Shown in pieces: positions 60,493 to 64,000 of a stretch of DNA of 64,000 nt. The notes under the pieces were generated by a model, which was given only the letters and a program-made list of their open reading frames with translations, was not told the origin of the DNA and made no database searches. Numbering within the stretch: position 1 is the first letter of the stretch; each line of letters starts with the position of its first letter. Both the position numbers and the translations under genes were made by a program. The stretch comes from Geopsychrobacteraceae bacterium (lineage in GTDB: Bacteria; Desulfobacterota; Desulfuromonadia; Desulfuromonadales; Geopsychrobacteraceae). Location of the stretch: NCBI GenBank assembly GCA_963676795.2, contig CAXXTB010000001.1:672001-736000 (forward strand). The letters are read 5' to 3'.

Positions 60493-60778
60493 CGCACCCT
60501 CTTCGCCAGATCTGATTTTAGGTCTATCTATTCTCCTTAGGTTTTGCTTCTCACCAAGGATAACCTAAACGGGCAGATTTTTCAGCATATAGAGATAATT
60601 GATTTTAAAAAGGGAGAAAAGTGGTCTGAAATCCAAAGGGGGCCGGCGCACCATGCGGGTGCTGATTGGATATATTGGCCGTTTGACGGAGCGTTACAGG
60701 AGAGAGTTTCATTGGCAAAATATCCAGGATTTATAGTATGATGCTGACTTTGTTGAGCTTTCCTCGGTTGCTTGTCTG

Positions 60779-61300
60779 GTGGGGTACCCTGTGGCGCTGA
60801 AAAATGAAAAATGGCTGGAGTTGGCTGAAATCGTCGATGAACAGAATCGGCAGCCCGAACTCGCTTGTATCCGCAAGTATATGCGTCTGTCGCATATGCT
60901 CGGGAAGTACCTTGAAGCGTCTCTGCGCGGCTACGGGATCAACCGGACTCAGATGAGGCTGCTGCTGCATATTCTGGCCAACAAGGCGCCGCTGACACCG
61001 ACAGAACTCAGCAAGCTCTCTCTGCTGACAATCGATGCCGTCAATAAGTCGGTAGACCGTCTTGACAAGGCCGGCATCACCAGAAGTTATCGCTCCCGGA
61101 CGGATCGCCGGGTCAGAAAAGTCACCCTGACGGATAAGGGGCTCGAGATTCTGGAAAATGCCCAGGCGGTAAGACAGCAGCAGTTTGCCGATATTGTCGG
61201 CTGTCTCGATGCGGAGGAACTGGACCAGTTTTCCCATTATCTGGGCCGCGTTGTCCAAAACCTGAACGTTCTGATGACCTCAGAGAGTAAAGATCAATAG
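60779..61300 (+). CDS. MarR-family transcriptional regulator
   Basis: Winged helix (TPTELS..VDRL.K.G..R....DRR..V.LTDKG). Confidence 0.88.
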   Translation: MGYPVALKNEKWLELAEIVDEQNRQPELACIRKYMRLSHMLGKYLEASLRGYGINRTQMRLLLHILANKAPLTPTELSKLSLLTIDAVNKSVDRLDKAGITRSYRSRTDRRVRKVTLTDKGLEILENAQAVRQQQFADIVGCLDAEELDQFSHYLGRVVQNLNVLMTSESKDQ

Positions 61301-61464
61301 CCTGTCGTTCCCACCTGGCAGAGACGTCGTTTTTCCTTTTTTGTGTGTCTCTGGCGTGTTTCTCATAATTTTCAAGCTGTTGTGAAATCGATGGCTTCGG
61401 CCAGAATTCGGAGCTCCTCCCCTTGTCGGCTGTGCAAAAGCACAGTTTTGTTTTGTGTTTTTGC

Positions 61465-61519
61465 TTGACATGGTTACATCGGCTAAATACTCTACGGCTA
61501 TAACATCTAATGGTATAGC
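61465..61519 (+). promoter_or_regulatory. Sigma70 promoter with overlapping palindromic operator
   Basis: TTGACA-17-TACTCT; dyad gctataacat-cta-atggtatagc at 61497-61519. Confidence 0.55.
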
Positions 61520-61759
61520 AATAGTTCTGTATGATCGGGTCGTTCTAAAGAGGGATGCTTCTCATGGGCACAGATAGCTCACGCGTTCAATGATGAATCA
61601 GTAGAACCTCGACTTTTCCTTGCGTGGTTTGTCTGCTGCAACCTACTGCCACAGGTTGTGGATCTGGCGTTTTATTGAATATAAGCCTCTGGTTTTGCGG
61701 CACTGTAATTCGGTATTACAGCGCATTTTTGTTCATTTTTCATAACTGGGAGAAGGTTT

Positions 61760-63043
61760 ATGAGGAAAAGATTGGGGATTGTACTTTGCATGTTGGCCAT
61801 GTTGGTCGGTTCTTCTGTGCTGGCCGGCGCTGCTGACAGCATCGCTTCGGCCATCAAGGATGGCAAGATAAGCGGCGAGGTCGGGGCCTACTACTGGACC
61901 ATGGATTACGGCGACACGCCAAAGGCACTGGACACACAGTCCGCTGTTATCGGTGGGTTCATGAGCTATGAAACGGCTCCGATCGCCGGAATCACCGGAG
62001 GCTTCGGTTTCAAGGCTGTCCATGACATGAGCTGGGATGAGGAGTCCCTGGCCTATTTCGGGATTCTGCCCGACGATAAGTCCAGTTATACCGGGATGCC
62101 GGAATACTACCTGCGTTATGCGGGACATGATACCAAGCTGACAGTCGGTGCTCAGTATGTCTGGACCCCCTGGATCAACAAAAGCCCCTTCCGAATTACT
62201 CCCTACGCCTATCGGGGTGTCAGCCTGAGTAATAGTAGTATCGACAAATTCAAATTCAATCTCGGCTATTTGACCGATTTCATGACCTGGACCGATAGCG
62301 ACTTCAGCAAGATGCTCGCCGGTGACGGCGGTGCCTACTATGCAGGTGTCTCCTATGCCCCGATCAAAGGGCTGGATGCCAACATCTGGTATTACTACTT
62401 CGAAGATAATTACACGATCATTGCTCCGCAATTTTCGTGGGATAAAAAGTTTACCAAAGACTGGAATGGGAAGATCGATGTTCGTGCCGCTCAGTTTGAC
62501 AGTGTCGGCGATGATTTGTACGGCAGTGACAACGCCAGGCTGGAATGGTTCGATGAAACCTATATGTTTGGGGCTATAGCAACTCTTGGGTTTAAGAACC
62601 TGTCGTTGTCGATTTCCGGACAGCAGAACGGTAATAACGATGTTCCGGAAACCTTTGGTAACAATCGAGCTGTCACCATGCAGATCAACAAGTCTAACCG
62701 CGCAGAAGAAAAGGCTTATGCCGCCAAGCTGGAATACGACGCGACGACCAGGACAAGCGGCGGCCTGAAGGCCTATGTCCAGTACGGAATTTTCGACACC
62801 CCGGAAACCGGCGATAATGCCAGTCAGGATACTGAAGAGCTGGAGTTCTTTGTCAGCTATCGGATCAAGAATTACAAGGGGCAGAACTCTGTGATGAAAT
62901 TTCTCGATGGCTCGGAAATCAGGGTCCGTTACGCGATGGAAGACGCCGATCAGGATGTCAGCGAGTACGCCGATTTCCTGGATATCAACAAGAAGGATCA
63001 GGACACCACCGACTTCCGTGTCTATCTGAAGTATTACTTCTGA
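61760..63043 (+). CDS. Outer-membrane porin (OprD-like beta-barrel)
   Basis: Signal peptide, A.KDGK.SG start, amphipathic strands, C-terminal Y.F. Confidence 0.8.
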   Translation: MRKRLGIVLCMLAMLVGSSVLAGAADSIASAIKDGKISGEVGAYYWTMDYGDTPKALDTQSAVIGGFMSYETAPIAGITGGFGFKAVHDMSWDEESLAYFGILPDDKSSYTGMPEYYLRYAGHDTKLTVGAQYVWTPWINKSPFRITPYAYRGVSLSNSSIDKFKFNLGYLTDFMTWTDSDFSKMLAGDGGAYYAGVSYAPIKGLDANIWYYYFEDNYTIIAPQFSWDKKFTKDWNGKIDVRAAQFDSVGDDLYGSDNARLEWFDETYMFGAIATLGFKNLSLSISGQQNGNNDVPETFGNNRAVTMQINKSNRAEEKAYAAKLEYDATTRTSGGLKAYVQYGIFDTPETGDNASQDTEELEFFVSYRIKNYKGQNSVMKFLDGSEIRVRYAMEDADQDVSEYADFLDINKKDQDTTDFRVYLKYYF

Positions 63044-63192
63044 TGGCATCAGTCGGATTTTATTTGGTCAAAAAGTATAAAGCTATAAGGTCTACATATA
63101 TACAAGTTGCTTTGTAGCTTTATGCTTTTCAAGTTTTCAGTGATTTGAAAGTTGATCAGGAAGAACTGCATGATTACCAAACGGGGAGAATT

Positions 63193-64000
63193 ATGAAACG
63201 AAACGACAAGGATGAGGTAACGAGCAAGGCCGATGACCCGGTCGTAGAGCAGGCCGGGACATCGCGCCGCTCTTTTCTTAAAGGGGCCGGTGTTGTCGGT
63301 GCGGCGGTCGCCGCTGCGACAAGCGGGATCATCGCGATGCCGAAAAAATCTGAGGCGGCGGATGATTGCCCGGAGCCCAGGGTGCTGGAAGAACTGCCTA
63401 TCCCGGCCGATCCTGCGGCACCGTCAAAGACCGAATTTGCCTGTGATGTGCTGGTTGTCGGCGGCGGCTTTGCCGGTCTGAATGCGGCTATTTCCGCCAA
63501 AAAAGCAGGGAACTCGGTCATCATGGTCGACAAGGGGCGGCCTGGTTATTCGGGCCTGTCTCCCTTCGCCAGTTCTCATCGCTGGATCGATAAGAACTTT
63601 GGTGATGATCCAAAGGCCTTCAGGGCCTGTGTTCAGCGTGGCGGTGAATATATCACCAACCTCGACTGGTATCAGGTCTGGATCGATGAGTCGAAGGCGG
63701 CTTATGAGCGGCTTATGGAGTGGGGGGTTCTGACTCAGTTTCCCAAGGCGTCAATTGCCGGAGAGTATTTCAATCAGCTCGACTATGCCGGCTATCGTGA
63801 CAAGTTCGACAAGTTCGACCGGCGTAAAAAGTTCAACGAAGCCCTCGATAAGAGCGGGGTTCAGATCATCGAACGGACCATGATCACCGAAGTTATCAAA
63901 AACGACGGCAGGGTGGTCGGGGCCATGGGGATCGACGTACCCAGCGGTGCGGTGGTGACCTTTCACGCCAAAGCAGTCGTTCTCTGTACCGGTGGCGGTT
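63193..64000 (+). CDS. Tat-exported FAD-dependent oxidoreductase (SdhA/FrdA/AprA superfamily), truncated by window end
   Basis: Manual translation: SRRSFLK Tat motif, DVLVVGGGFAG, AKAVVLCTGG; RBS ggggag. Confidence 0.85.
   Translation, partial: MKRNDKDEVTSKADDPVVEQAGTSRRSFLKGAGVVGAAVAAATSGIIAMPKKSEAADDCPEPRVLEELPIPADPAAPSKTEFACDVLVVGGGFAGLNAAISAKKAGNSVIMVDKGRPGYSGLSPFASSHRWIDKNFGDDPKAFRACVQRGGEYITNLDWYQVWIDESKAAYERLMEWGVLTQFPKASIAGEYFNQLDYAGYRDKFDKFDRRKKFNEALDKSGVQIIERTMITEVIKNDGRVVGAMGIDVPSGAVVTFHAKAVVLCTGGG

Overview
Chromosomal window from a deltaproteobacterium, most likely Desulfuromonadales. This is inferred from gene content, the abundance of sigma54 regulators and histidine kinases, and the repeat types. 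Housekeeping genes include mltG, plsY, an iscU/nifU-like gene, tRNA-Pro(CGG), yigZ, lspA, ileS, radC and sucCD. They surround three main regions. (1) A ~16 kb anaerobic catabolic operon (4750-20282) encodes two cyclase-family hydrolases, a catechol-dehydroxylase-like Mo/W enzyme with an Fe-S subunit, a pyrogallol transhydroxylase-like AthL/BthL pair, a thiolase, a cupin, a 3-hydroxyacyl-CoA dehydrogenase, a BKACE, an SDR and a TRAP transporter. It is preceded by a DUF3870 gene and a leader holding two tandem, covarying structured-RNA-plus-terminator units (4419-4703) that I cannot assign to a known riboswitch class; this is the top candidate novelty. (2) A block of signalling genes, including an MCP with two CZB domains and a Cys-rich insert. 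(3) A low-GC patch with decayed IS5, IS4 and nested IS3 elements. Further features are an in-frame UGA/SECIS GrdB/PrdB-like selenoprotein that the ORF track splits in two, a candidate sRNA upstream of it, two families of dispersed structured repeats, and a MarR-porin-Tat flavoprotein unit cut off at the window end. All family assignments come from motif recognition by eye, not from database searches.
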